Part shown: in pieces, positions 13,302 to 24,598 of the stretch | How positions within the stretch are numbered: position 1 is the stretch's first letter | How the letters are laid out: each line of letters begins with the position of its first letter | Source of the DNA: Cirrosporium novae-zelandiae | Lineage: Eukaryota | DNA: 64,000 nt | Assembly: GCA_026023565.1 (NCBI GenBank) | Contig: JAPETS010000066.1 | Span: 1-64,000, forward strand | Direction of reading: 5' to 3' | Program-made: the position numbers and the translations under genes | The notes under the pieces: model-generated | What the model saw: only the letters and a program-made list of their open reading frames with translations | Database searches by the model: none | Told to the model about the DNA's origin: nothing

Positions 13302-14320
13302 ATGAATCCTGAGTAGTAAGTTGAATCTGACCTCTTTGATCGGCCCCGAATTTCATTAAGGTTCCTTTGAACTCGAAGCCGAATACTAACTCTCACGCCT
13401 ATCTAGAGTTGACCACTGCCCTTCCTCTACCAGTCGACCCCAACAACCCACAACAGATCAAGTTGTGAATATATGTAAACAACAAGAAAACTGACTGGTA
13501 TCGCCTTCAGATACGATTACTTGTTCAAGCTGCTCCTTATCGGAGACTCTGGGGTTGGAAAGTCTTGTCTGCTCCTTCGATTCGCAGATGATACGTATAC
13601 GGAGAGTTACATTTCTACTATCGGTGTCGACTTCGTGAGTTTGACTGGTGGATTCCTGTCGTTTATAAGGCGACAAGAGAGTAACGGTGGACTAATTATG
13701 ATTAGAAAATCAGGACCATCGAACTTGATGGTAAGACTGTAAAACTTCAGATTGTAAGCGTTACCCATACCTCTACCCTCGTACGGGATCGCACCATGCT
13801 AACCCTACTGCCTTAGTGGGACACAGCGGGACAAGAGCGCTTCCGCACCATCACCTCCTCCTATTACCGTGGCGCACATGGCATCTGTGTAGTTTACGAT
13901 GTGACGGACATGGACTCGTTTAATAACGTTAAGCAATGGTTGCAAGAGATTGATCGATACGCTACCGAGGGTGTGAACAAGCTTCTTGTTGGCAACAAAT
14001 CCGATATGACAGATAAGAAGGTGGTAGAATACACTGTCGCTAAGGTATTACATTATACCCTTTTCGTCACCGCTAGATCTTTCATCTCGGTTGGATATTT
14101 CTATATGATACTTACACTGCTACAGGAATTTGCTGACAGCCTGGGTATCCCTTTCCTTGAAACTTCTGCTAAGAACGCTTCGAATGTTGAACAAGCCTTC
14201 CTTACCATGGCTCGTCAAATCAAAGAACGCATGGGTACCACAACTGTGAACAACAAACCTACCGTACAGGTTGGGCAAGGTACAGGTGTTGCTTCGGGGT
14301 CAGCTGGTGGATGCTGCTAG
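13302..14320 (+). CDS. YPT1: Rab1/Ypt1 small GTPase; exons 13302-13312, 13511-13634, 13707-13752, 13817-14044, 14126-14320
   Basis: [50 protein letters not shown] and the C-terminal GGCC prenylation motif. Confidence 0.98.
13313..13510 (+). other. Complex intervening sequence: candidate [D3,4] stwintron (internal intron 13316-13406 nested in the external donor)
   Basis: Internal intron has GTAAGT, ACTAAC (13385) and TAG (13406). Its removal joins GTA+AGT into GTAAGT. External branch ACTGAC (13490) and acceptor CAG (13510). Only a cut at 13312/13511 gives MNPEYDY. Confidence 0.8.
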
Positions 14321-15107
14321 ATGGCCTGTTGGTAGTACCTTGGTGGCGAATTATGGGAGGGGATATTATTTGTTCTGATGTGATGGGACCCGGGAAGATA
14401 TGAAGCAGCGCAATGACATGAAGATGAATTCGGAACCGGTTGACTGAACATGGACTAGAATCGAATACCAGCCCAGCAATTGTTTTTCTCGTGTTTGGTT
14501 TGGAGTTTCGTTACGTCCTTTTTCTCTCCTTCCCACCGGTTGATATGAGGGAATGGATGGAGGAATGGAAATACAATGTGCACAGAACGATATGATATGG
14601 ATCCGGAGGCTTCTTGGGAGATTAATGTCATCGGATGCTCATCAACAATTAAGGAATCTTCAAGATGCACATGGACTCCTTTTCATTCCTACAAGTCAGC
14701 ATAGTGTTTCATCCTACCCATCTAATAGGGTATATCAACAAGGGAGAGGATGGGTGGTATCTCGATCCGTACTTCTATTCTCGGATTATTTCTTTATTTA
14801 TTGTTTGATTGTATGCTCTTAATTAGAGGGTCTAAGGAGTTAAATGCATTGGTCATCTTATATCCATCAAGCTGTCATTGTGAGAATCAAGGCGATAATA
14901 TCGAGGGAGATGTCCTTACCATCTGGCACTTGTAGGTAAATTATCGCAGGCTAGTTATATACTAAGTCTTTAAGTCCGATTTCATATTTCGTAGAATAAA
15001 GTCTTTAAATATCCAGGCAACGTTGAAAATTCGAGAGATCTGCATCTAATGTCCAACCCACATCCCGCTGTCTCGGCCTCACCATCCACCAACCCTGAAA
15101 AATATCC

Positions 15108-16603
15108 ATGACCGACCTTCTACACGTTCTGCCCTCTCTCGATCCTACTCTCTATACTCATCTTCTGCCATCACTTGAAGCTTATTGCATCACCACCTCG
15201 GATCTGCTGACCTTGTCACATGTTGAGATCGCTAAGCGTGCCCACGTTCCTCCTCTTGGTGTTCGGAAGCTAGCTGAACATGTTCTTCGTAGCTTGCAGT
15301 CTGAGCTGGGGGTCGAAACAATTGAGGCCGGGTGCGATGATCAAGCGGTGAAAGGCAATAAACAAAGCGGAAGCAGCGCAAATGAGCTGTTATTATATCA
15401 ATCTGGAAATCATATGCTGCAGCGATGGAACACGGTCAGCACGTTGGATCCTACCATCGATACAGCCTTGGGAGGTGGAATACCCACTGGTTACATCACA
15501 GAAATAACGGGTGAAAGGCAGGTTCCCTAAATCTTTATTTATCATCTCATACTAATTTCCGCAGTGCTTCAGGGAAAACGCTTTTCCTCCTCCATCTACT
15601 TCTATCCTCTCAGTTACCTCCTTCACATGGGGGCCTGTCCCGACCTTCTGCCTACCTCTCTACAGAGGCCAGTCTCCCAACAAAGCGCGTAGCTCAACTT
15701 CTGAACTCGCATCCGGTCCTTTCGAGCTTTCCAAAATCAGAGAAGGATAGTCCATCTCTCAAACGAATATGGACTCTCAAAGCTACGGACCTAGAATACC
15801 AATCCCACATTCTGACGTACCAGCTCCCTGTCCTATTATCGCGGGAGAACATCGGAGTCCTAGTTATCGATAGTATCGCCGCCAACTTCCGCGGTGAGTT
15901 GTCTACATCTACGGGGTCTGTAATGGCTCGACGAAGCCAAGCGCTTGTGGAAACCGGAGCAACGCTTAGAAAACTAGCCAGGGACTATAACGTTGCGATA
16001 GTTGTTGCCAATCAGGTCTCAGACCGTTTTGACACAATTCCGCTTATAGGCTCAGGTTTTGCAAATCGCAGCCCCAGACGATTGGATCTCGACGTCTCCC
16101 CTTCGCCAGTGCCTCTGGCTCCTCAACCATCCTACTCCCCTTCTCCGATCGGTACACCTGTCTCCACACAAGCGCCTGCCGCGATGACATTTAACCATCA
16201 GCTACGTTTTTTCTCTGGATGGGGTGATAATCCCTCTTTAAATACTATTTGCAATATACATACAAGTAATTTTAACATGAAAACTCCGTCCCTGGGTCTT
16301 GTATGGGCGAATCAGATAGCATGTCGGATTGCAATGATAAAGGAACAAGTTATTCCCTATGAAGAGCTTGAAGAAGGAAAACCTACTAGATATCACCGAA
16401 CAATACGTGTGGCCTTTTCTAGTTGGGCAAAAGGAAGTTCACGAGAGTGTAAGGATGAACATCCAACAGATGGAACGGGTGAGGTAGAGTTTGAAATTTG
16501 GGAGGGTGGAATCAGGAGTATCTCTGATCATCTCATAGTGAAAGAGACAATGAACCAAGACCAGAGCGAAGTTAGAACGGTGAGAGACAATACATTCTCT
16601 TAG
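15108..16603 (+). CDS. RAD57: Rad51 paralogue Rad57/XRCC3-like; one GC-AG intron 15518-15564
   Basis: MTDLLHVLP N-terminus; STLDPTIDTALGGGIPTGYITEITGESASGKT (Walker A after splicing), YLSTEA, LVIDSIAANFR (Walker B), VVANQVSDRF, PSLGLVWANQI. Confidence 0.9.
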
Positions 16604-16664
16604 GCACCTAAGGGCATGTTATCCCTCTCCCATTGATATAATCTATTCAACCATTCTATCTTCA

Positions 16665-18000
16665 TCAGTCATCGTCCATCAACGCAGCAAGCTCTGCTTC
16701 TTCCTCTGCAGTCAGCATCGATTCTGGCTTCTTTTCTTCCTCTTCTTCAAGAACGCCTTTCTTCGCCTTGTCGGCTTCCTCGATGGCTTTTGCTAGATCA
16801 TCTGCCTTCAGAGACCAAGCTCGCACTGTACCATCTATACTAACACTGACAACCGTTTGGCCCAATAATGCAAGTCCAGTGACTTCTTCGAAATGCCCAG
16901 TGAAGATGTGGTGGAGTTTACCAGTCTGTGACAATCTCAGCATAACCTCCTTGAGACAGGACGGACTAGAGGGATACTCACTCCTCGATGCCATACTCTA
17001 ATCTCCTCATCCCTACAACCAGTAACGGCCCATCCGCCAACTTCATCGACAACAATATCCTTGACGAAATCTGGGTGTTTTACTACTAGATCTGATTTCC
17101 ACGTACTTTGTCTTGTAAGACATCTTGCCGTTCCGTCAGCTGACGCCGTCCAGAGGTCACCATCCGCGTCGAAGAACAGTTTAAATACGCTAGTTTCGTG
17201 CTCGATGATGAGATGAACATCACTATTCTCGGATACTTCAAGGGAAGGAGATATGATCCATTGACGAATTTCACGGTCACTTCCAGCACTAAAGAACCGG
17301 AGTGATGTCGAGGGTTCAGATGGGGGGAATGGATCCAGAGACAGATCCAAAATTCCCCGGCTATGCGCAGAGAGGGTTTGTAATTTTGTTAGGCTTTTGT
17401 CTGGTCCCAACTTCCAAACAATTATTTTAGTATCAGCGGAGCCAGATATGAGGACATCATCCTGGCCTACTCGACAGCAGAGCAGGGATTTGACGAAATC
17501 TGTATGCGCAACTACCGACTGCGGCTTTGCTCTTGGTTGAGATGTTGGAAGCCAGTAGATCCTTTTATCCCAACTGCCGGCAAAGATAGTCTTCCCATCG
17601 GGACTAAGAGCAAGGCATGTTATTGGAGCGGGGGCTACTCCAGCAAATCGAGAGACTTGATGAGTCTGGTAGATGAAACATTAATGATTAAAGATAGACG
17701 TAATTAACTCCAAAGGCGATTGCTCACCTACTTGAATATTTAGCTTTTCGATATCACCTACGCTCTCTGCGACATAGACAGACTGTGAATCTAAAGGGTC
17801 TGGGAGAAGGGCGAGAATCTTGCTTCGCAGCTTGATAGGATCTCCATTTTTATTGCCAGATTTAGCCTTCTTGCGGTTGGCGGTCTCGAGGGAAGAGCTG
17901 AAGATTCGATTAGGTCAAGGTTGTAGTCAGAGGTGATTTAATGGAGCAATTGGACCGACGTTGTTTGAAAGAAGTGGCCTGGATCTGTAGATTGAGACAT
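16665..18000 (-). CDS. WD40-repeat protein of unknown function; 4 exons
   Basis: Spliced MSQSTDPGHFFQTTSSLET...; WD repeats FAGSWDKRIYW, SGSADTKIIVW, SAGSDREIRQW, TASADGTA, TGCRDEEIRVW, SVSIDGTVRAW; acidic tail. Confidence 0.85.
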
Positions 18001-18930
18001 TCTGAGAATCGACAGACAATGGACAATACGAGTGGCTGATGTTTAAGGAGTAGAGTAGCTACAGTAGCTGGATTTAGAGCGTGGGGTTAAAAGAGTCAGT
18101 GAAAGGAAGAAGGAAGAAGGTCTCTAGAGAGAATCATAGGAATTCATTCGAGATGTCCAAGCTCCAAAAGAAGTTTCATCTTAGGCCATCAATGATCTAA
18201 TTACCAAGATAATTCTTCTTAGGTTCTTCTCTACCGTCTTCTTCACTATGTGGCTGCCTAGGGATCTGCTTTCGATGGGGGAAAAAGTTGAAAATTTGAA
18301 AATGCCAAAATTTGATTTGAAGACCCTTAACTCTTCACGTGCTTCCTTGTATCTTGTATTGTCACACAAACTCAGGGCAACCCAAATGATTACTTTATAG
18401 AATGGATTGTGACAGTAACAGTGACAATGACAAAAGGCACCTCGCAATGACAATACACCATAAGCAAGAGTAGTCTCAACTTAGCCAACAAAGAAATTGA
18501 GAATCTGACTTTGAGGCAAAATGAAGGTTATAACTCAGCCACCTTTAGAACGGAGAAACCGTCCCACCTACCATGTGGTTTCAAAACAATACGAGCAGCT
18601 GCTCACCATTATCATCAATTATCCTGAACTTCGCCTAGCGGGTCTTATTCCTCCAAACAACTGGTCGGTGATGGGCGTGATCAATGCGAAAGATACCGGT
18701 CTCTTTAGTTCTATGTTTTCAAGGCTTAGATGTCTATAAGGGATGCTATCCTGATGTCCATATAAACTATGGACTACCATTAAATTCAATTGGTGTGCTC
18801 ATCTGCTATTCCATGTGTTTTATTCAAATGACCTTTTGGGATCCAAATCCTTCCAATCCTTTAACACAATTCTTCTTGGCAGTTTGTTTTAACGGAGTCA
18901 TATATATATTCGCGTATATTTATTCCAAAA

Positions 18931-19347
18931 ATGTCTAATCATCCTATCCTCTCGTTTTTGGTTTCCTCTCTTATGACTATGGAATATCGAAATACTCTCG
19001 ACGGCGAATCCACAGCCATACGCTCTCCTCCGAAATACTCTCATAGTCTTATTCTCGGTCTCTCCATCGGTATCCCCATCCTGACAGTCTCTCTTGGTGT
19101 CCTCTTAGCATGGTTTTGTGTCTTCCAACCTTCCAGACGGCATCAACCACTTGGCCAAAATGAAGAGGATATAGAAGCCGATGAAACTACGAGAAGTATC
19201 ACTGGTTCCGCACCGGCTGGGGCGTTGTGGTGTTATGATCCTCTATGCTGCGGCATGGGAGGCTATGATGGGTGTGGAGGTTGTTGTGAGGCCTGTGGCC
19301 TTTGCATTACTGGATGCTTAGGGGGCTGTGGAACATGCAACTGCTAA
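18931..19347 (+). CDS. Small single-pass membrane protein with Cys/Gly-rich C-terminal tail (start may be 18973)
   Basis: Hydrophobic LILGLSIGIPILTVSLGVLLAWFCVF segment; 12 Cys in the last 38 residues; TATAAA upstream at ~18761. Confidence 0.55.
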   Translation: MSNHPILSFLVSSLMTMEYRNTLDGESTAIRSPPKYSHSLILGLSIGIPILTVSLGVLLAWFCVFQPSRRHQPLGQNEEDIEADETTRSITGSAPAGALWCYDPLCCGMGGYDGCGGCCEACGLCITGCLGGCGTCNC

Positions 19348-20296
19348 ACAAAGATGCGAAATGAATTTTGATCCCGTCTCCTATCCATGGCCGTCAGCAA
19401 AATTCAAAACTTCCACCACCGTCGGAGTTGGTCATTATCCGCTCTAGACGACATTCGGCTACCGATAATCATGTCCAAAATCTGAGATCGTCTTGAGATG
19501 ATGCCAAAACCATTAAAAACGTTACGAAGGCCTTCTAAAGTGCATATCGATAGACAGCTAAGCTAAGGTGAGATTTTGTATATTCGTCTTTGGTGATGAG
19601 CTCTAGACTAACGTTCCTAGTTGCGGGCATCCTGCCTAAGTTAAGGCGGATTGCGAATCAGCACTTCGAGCTCTAGTTCATTGACGAGAACTTTATACTA
19701 GAAGATGGCTAGGAATCATTATTCATGGGGTAACCCCCAAACTCATTTCAAAGAGTACAAGAAATACTCCGCCTGCTCTACTTGATTCCTATCATCCTAC
19801 CAGCTGCTCCGCAAGACTTTCAACTTCATATCACATCCAACCAATTTTATCATTGGCCATTTACACCTAACCGGAAAGTCTTTCACTCACATGGTCGCAA
19901 CTAAGGCTTTCATCATAATTATCCGGGCATATTTTTATACAGACGCCTATCATCATTAATGCAAACCGAGTCATATGGCGTACCTGCGCATGTGCGTGCC
20001 GTACTGAAATACCGAGGACCCTGTCTTAAGGTGAATGTGGAGAGCCCCAGGTGACTCCTCAGCACCAGAACCATGATGCGCAGCGTTCTCCTTTTCATTC
20101 CTTCATCATTTCTTCTTACTAGAGAGACCCAGTTGTACCAGAATTTGTTTAATATGTAATACTATCAACATCTTTGTCACGAAATTAATAATCTACTCCT
20201 CTATTAGTAGTTAAGAAATAGTTTGAAAGCTTGAATCCTAGAAGCAAGTTGTACCCAAGAAATAATCATACGTCCTAAGTGGAAACTATCGTCAGT

Positions 20297-21457
20297 ATGG
20301 CAGCAGTAACATATTCTTTCGACCTAGGACCCGTCACAACTACCGCCTCTATGATAGCGGAAACAGGCTCGCAGACAATGACTACGGCTCCAGAAGCAAC
20401 AGATTTAAGCTCAGGTATTGGTTCATCACTCATCAGTATCGTTCCGTCACCAATAATATATAGCTCTCTAAGAACTTTGACAACCCTAACCACACCCAGA
20501 AGCACTCTATTAACTTCACCACCAGCACCCTCCTCATCACAGACTCCGACTCAAGTATCTACTTCGACATCTGCCCCGACAACCTCGACCCCAACCCCTT
20601 CGACAACATCCAACAAGAGTTCTAGCTTCAGCGCTGGGGCGAGTGTAGCAATGATTCTGGCCCCTACAATCTTTGTTTTTATGCTTTCAATATTGGTGGT
20701 TTGTCAGTTTCCTATCCCATAGTAACACCACACCTAACTAACAACTTCAAAAAAAGGGTACAAACAACACAAATCCTGCAACGATCCCTCATTTATCCAC
20801 CTCTTCAGAACAACCGGAAGAACTCTCCGGCACTCCATCGATAAACTGCACAATCCTCATCTCTTTAGGAGCTCAGGATCTGGCTCTCACACCCAAGAAA
20901 TAGAACCGAAACCAAGACCAGAACTAGAAATGGCAGAAAGAACAATGCTTTACAACAACCAAGCGGTCCAACAGGTCAGCACCCCAAGGCACACATGGCA
21001 CTGGCATAAACCCTTCCGCCACGAAAAAGCAAGAACCTGGGCCCCTCTCACCAACGATCCTTATTCTTTCCCCTACACCGACGCTCCCATCACATCCCCC
21101 CACAATCTACATTCGCATCTCCCACTAGAGCAAAGGCACCTCTCGTCCATTCAACGAGAAATGCGTCACGAATACCTACGCCCACAATCGTATCCCCTAA
21201 TCCAAGTCCACACCAATAGAGAAAATGAACAAATCCCACGTCCTACCTTAGCTTTGCCCGAGACCCTACACCTCCATCGGGGCCTGAGCTTGAAGAATGT
21301 CTGCGTCCCCAACATGTCCCCATATCCCGGAGATAGTGATGAAGAGCTTGCTTCTGCTTCTGCTCGGCCATCTATCTCGACGAGGTCTATGGATGTTCAG
21401 CTGAGGATGGTTGAGGAGGGGGTTTGGATAGGGACGGCATGGAGAAGAGGGAAATAG
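20297..21457 (+). CDS. Hypothetical membrane protein: Ser/Thr-rich ectodomain, one TM helix, cytoplasmic tail; intron 20703-20756
   Basis: A GTCAGT...CTAAC...AAG intron joins ORF 20279-20722 (S/T-rich + GASVAMILAPTIFVFMLSILVV) in frame to WYKQHKS..., which runs on into ORF 20930-21457. Confidence 0.6.
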
Positions 21458-21974
21458 GGATTAGGGAGGTAGGAGGAGAGATGCATTAAGTACTTGGTTC
21501 TCTGGACCGGATATGAGGGATGGGACTTTATTGCTCAACTTGTCATCTGTTTTTGATTTTGATGTTGGTTTTGGTTGTGTATGATGAAAGTGATGGGGGT
21601 GATAGGGATGATAGGGGTAGAATGTCAGATTTGTAAATTTATTGAATCAGTTCAGGGAGAATAGAAGGTGTTTATTTACATAAATTACACATATGCTTCT
21701 CATAATATTTATCCATCTAAAAAGTAAATCCACTAATCCATAACAATACAATCTATTGATAACCAGTAGCGTAATCGGGCTCTGCCTTAATTTGCCAAGC
21801 CAGGCAGCCATGTGACTCCGTGAAGTGGCGTTGAACTTGCCAACGCGACTTCTCTCACCTTCGCGCCCGAACATCCTCAAATTTGTCATATCACAATCCT
21901 AGGCCCCTTTAAACCTCACTTATTCTATAACCTGGCGACCCGTGTTTCTATATTCTTGTGATAACTTCAAAGCA

Positions 21975-23190
21975 ATGAGCGCCGAGGAAACCAACCAGTC
22001 TCAAGCTGAGGAGTTTGAGGATGGAGGGATGGGAGGTCCTGGTGCTCCGACACCGCTGTCGTCACTCGAGGTATTGCATATCCACAAGGAAACCCATGTA
22101 AATAAGATACTGACGTATGCTGTAGGGTGTTTCTGGATTATCGGCTCGCGATATCAAATTAGTCGTCGATGCGGGGTACAATACCGTGGAATCGGTGGCA
22201 TATACGTGGGTTCGACGACGAAGGACTACCCTGATAGGAAACTGAACAAGTCTCTAGGCCGAAGCGGAATTTAGAGCAAATAAAAGGCATATCAGAACAA
22301 AAGGCTTCTAAACTCCTTGCTGAAGGTTAGTCCTTCTAGGACCTTATGCAGTTACAACATCCCGCTCATTATTTCTAGCATCAAAACTTGTCCCCATGGG
22401 CTTTACGACCGCCACAGAAATGCATGCGAGGAGAAGCGAATTGATATCAATCACAACCGGGTCAAAACAACTAGATACGCTACTGGCGGGAGGCATTGAA
22501 ACAGGCTCAATCACAGAACTATTTGGTGAATTCAGAACGGGAAAGAGTCAGCTTTGCCACACATTAGCAGTAACATGCCAACTGCCATTCGACATGGGCG
22601 GCGGTGAAGGGAAATGCCTATACATCGACACCGAAGGCACCTTCCGACCCATCCGCCTCCTCGCCGTCGCAGCCCGCTACGGTCTCTCCGGCGAAGAAGT
22701 CCTCGACAACGTCGCATACGCACGAGCCTACAACTCAGACCACCAACTGCAACTCCTCAACCAAGCCTCAGCCATGATGTGCGAAACGCGCTTCTCCCTC
22801 CTCATCGTCGACTCCGCCACATCCCTCTACCGAACAGACTTCATAGGCCGAGGCGAACTCTCCTCGCGCCAAACCCACCTCGCAAAATTCATGCGCGCCC
22901 TCCTCCGCCTCGCCGACGAGTTCGGAATCGCGGTCGTCATCACGAATCAGGTCGTCGCCCAGGTCGATGGGGGTCCCAGCTCGATGTTCAACCCGGATCC
23001 CAAGAAGCCAATTGGGGGTAACATCATCGCGCACGCCAGCACGACGCGGCTGATGCTGAAGAAGGGGAGGGGCGAGACTAGGATATGTAAGATCTATGAC
23101 AGTCCCTGTCTGCCGGAAAGCGATTGCATGTTTGCGATCAATGAGGATGGGATTGGGGATCCTAGTCCTAAGGATCTGGAAAAGGATTGA
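21975..23190 (+). CDS. RAD51: DNA recombinase Rad51; 4 exons
   Basis: [63 protein letters not shown]...[15 protein letters not shown]...[16 protein letters not shown]. Confidence 0.99.
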
Positions 23191-23317
23191 TTGATTGATT
23201 ACCTAGGTGATTTGGTTTGGTTGGATTGGTAAAGTTATGTAAAAATCATGAAATACTGGACTGAATGAGTTTGGTATTACTGTTTCTACTTCTACTATTA
23301 CTTACTACCTAATGGAT

Positions 23318-23389
23318 GGCACTGGCACTGATACGGCATTGGCATTGGCACTGGCAACAGACACGGCAACGGGGCAAGGGCACTGGCGC
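23318..23389. repeat. Degenerate 6-bp tandem repeat (GGCAYT/GGCAAC) in the RAD51 3' flank
   Basis: ggcact ggcact ... ggcatt ggcatt ggcact ggcaac ... ggcaac. Confidence 0.7.
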
Positions 23390-23846
23390 ATAAAAGGAGC
23401 TATGGAGCCATAGATAGAACTTAGTTATTTTTCTTTAAAGATAAATATCTATTTATCTTTATTAATAGGTCGAGATGAAATTAAATTAAATGATTCATGT
23501 ATGTGTGTATGTGTGTATATGTATAGGTAGGTATATTCGTGTTTATTCAACCGAACCTTCTTGGTTCTTTGCTGTTGCTTGGTTCTTACTTTTTCTTCTA
23601 TGTTTGGGGGGAAGGGTTGAGGAGGAGAGAAAAGGAGGGGATTGGGGGAATGGGGAATGGGGATTTCTTGATTTACTGTGTAGATTTTATTTTTATTTTA
23701 TTTTTCATTGGGTCTTGTATATGAATGCAATGCAATGCAATACCCTGAATTTCTTTTTTTCTTTTTTTTTTCCTTGCAGTCAGTCCTTTACAGCGCAGCC
23801 TAGTTACATATATACATATCCTCTATACATCTATATCCTAACACCG

Positions 23847-23892
23847 GGTATCTAGGTATCTAGGTATTTAGGTATCCGCTCAAGCCGCTCAA
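23847..23892. repeat. Short tandem repeats (GGTATCTA)x~4 followed by (CCGCTCAA)x2
   Basis: ggtatcta ggtatcta ggtattta ggtatc cgctcaag ccgctcaaa. Confidence 0.7.
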
Positions 23893-24376
23893 AGTAGCGG
23901 ATAATCAACTCTATGTCCTTTTTTTGGGGGGGGGGGTCTTAATTGGGTAGTTAGGGAAGAGGGTTGTGTTGGCTTCATGGTAGATATATCTATATCCAAC
24001 AAAAGAGGGATAGAAAATATCTAGGCTGTAGTTTATTATAGTCTATCTATTACAATATAGGATAGACCTACTTCCTATTCGGGGGGGGTTTTTTTTTGCT
24101 AAGTGGGTGGGTTATTGGTGTTATGTTATGGGTGGGCTGGGGTTGGGTTGTCTATTTGTCTGTCTGTTTGTCTATATTATTTATTTTGTGTGAATGGTTT
24201 ATATTAAAAAAGGGAAAGGAATGGAATTTTGTTTGTTTAGGATGTTAGATAATTTTATTTTTTTATTTCACCTAAATGGGGGTTTTTTTTTCGTTTTTTT
24301 TTTCTTTTTATATCACACGATCTCACCTTGCAAGTCCAGCTTGCAAACCCCCCCTCAAAAAGTCCCTACCCCCTAC

Positions 24377-24598
24377 TCACCGATATCTCCTCCCCCTCTC
24401 CGAAAATTCTACAACCTTCTCCCTAGCCCTTTCCAAATCCTCCTGCAACCTCTTCTTGCAGAGCCTGCAAAACTCCCGCACATGTTCTTCCTGGTGGACA
24501 AAGTTGCATTTTTTCCCCTGTTGGTGGCGGATGCAGAGGAGGGTTTTGGAATGGCCTTTGTGGTTGCAGGTGTAGATGTAGCGGGTTTTGGTGCACAT
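24377..24598 (-). CDS. 73-aa Cys/His micro-protein (MC..Y.CxH...C...C...CxxC plus charged helix)
   Basis: MCTKTRYIYTCNHKGHSKTLLCIRHQQGKKCNFVHQEEHVREFCRLCKKRLQEDLERAREKVVEFSERGRRYR; ATG in ACAATG context after a CA-rich leader; TATATA upstream at ~24763. Confidence 0.6.
   Translation of the reverse strand: MCTKTRYIYTCNHKGHSKTLLCIRHQQGKKCNFVHQEEHVREFCRLCKKRLQEDLERAREKVVEFSERGRRYR

Noticed and set aside
17666..17731. Overlapping donors GTAG/GTGAGC in WD40 gene intron 2 as a second stwintron
   Set aside because: The intron is only ~66 nt with one branch/acceptor set; no room for two introns.
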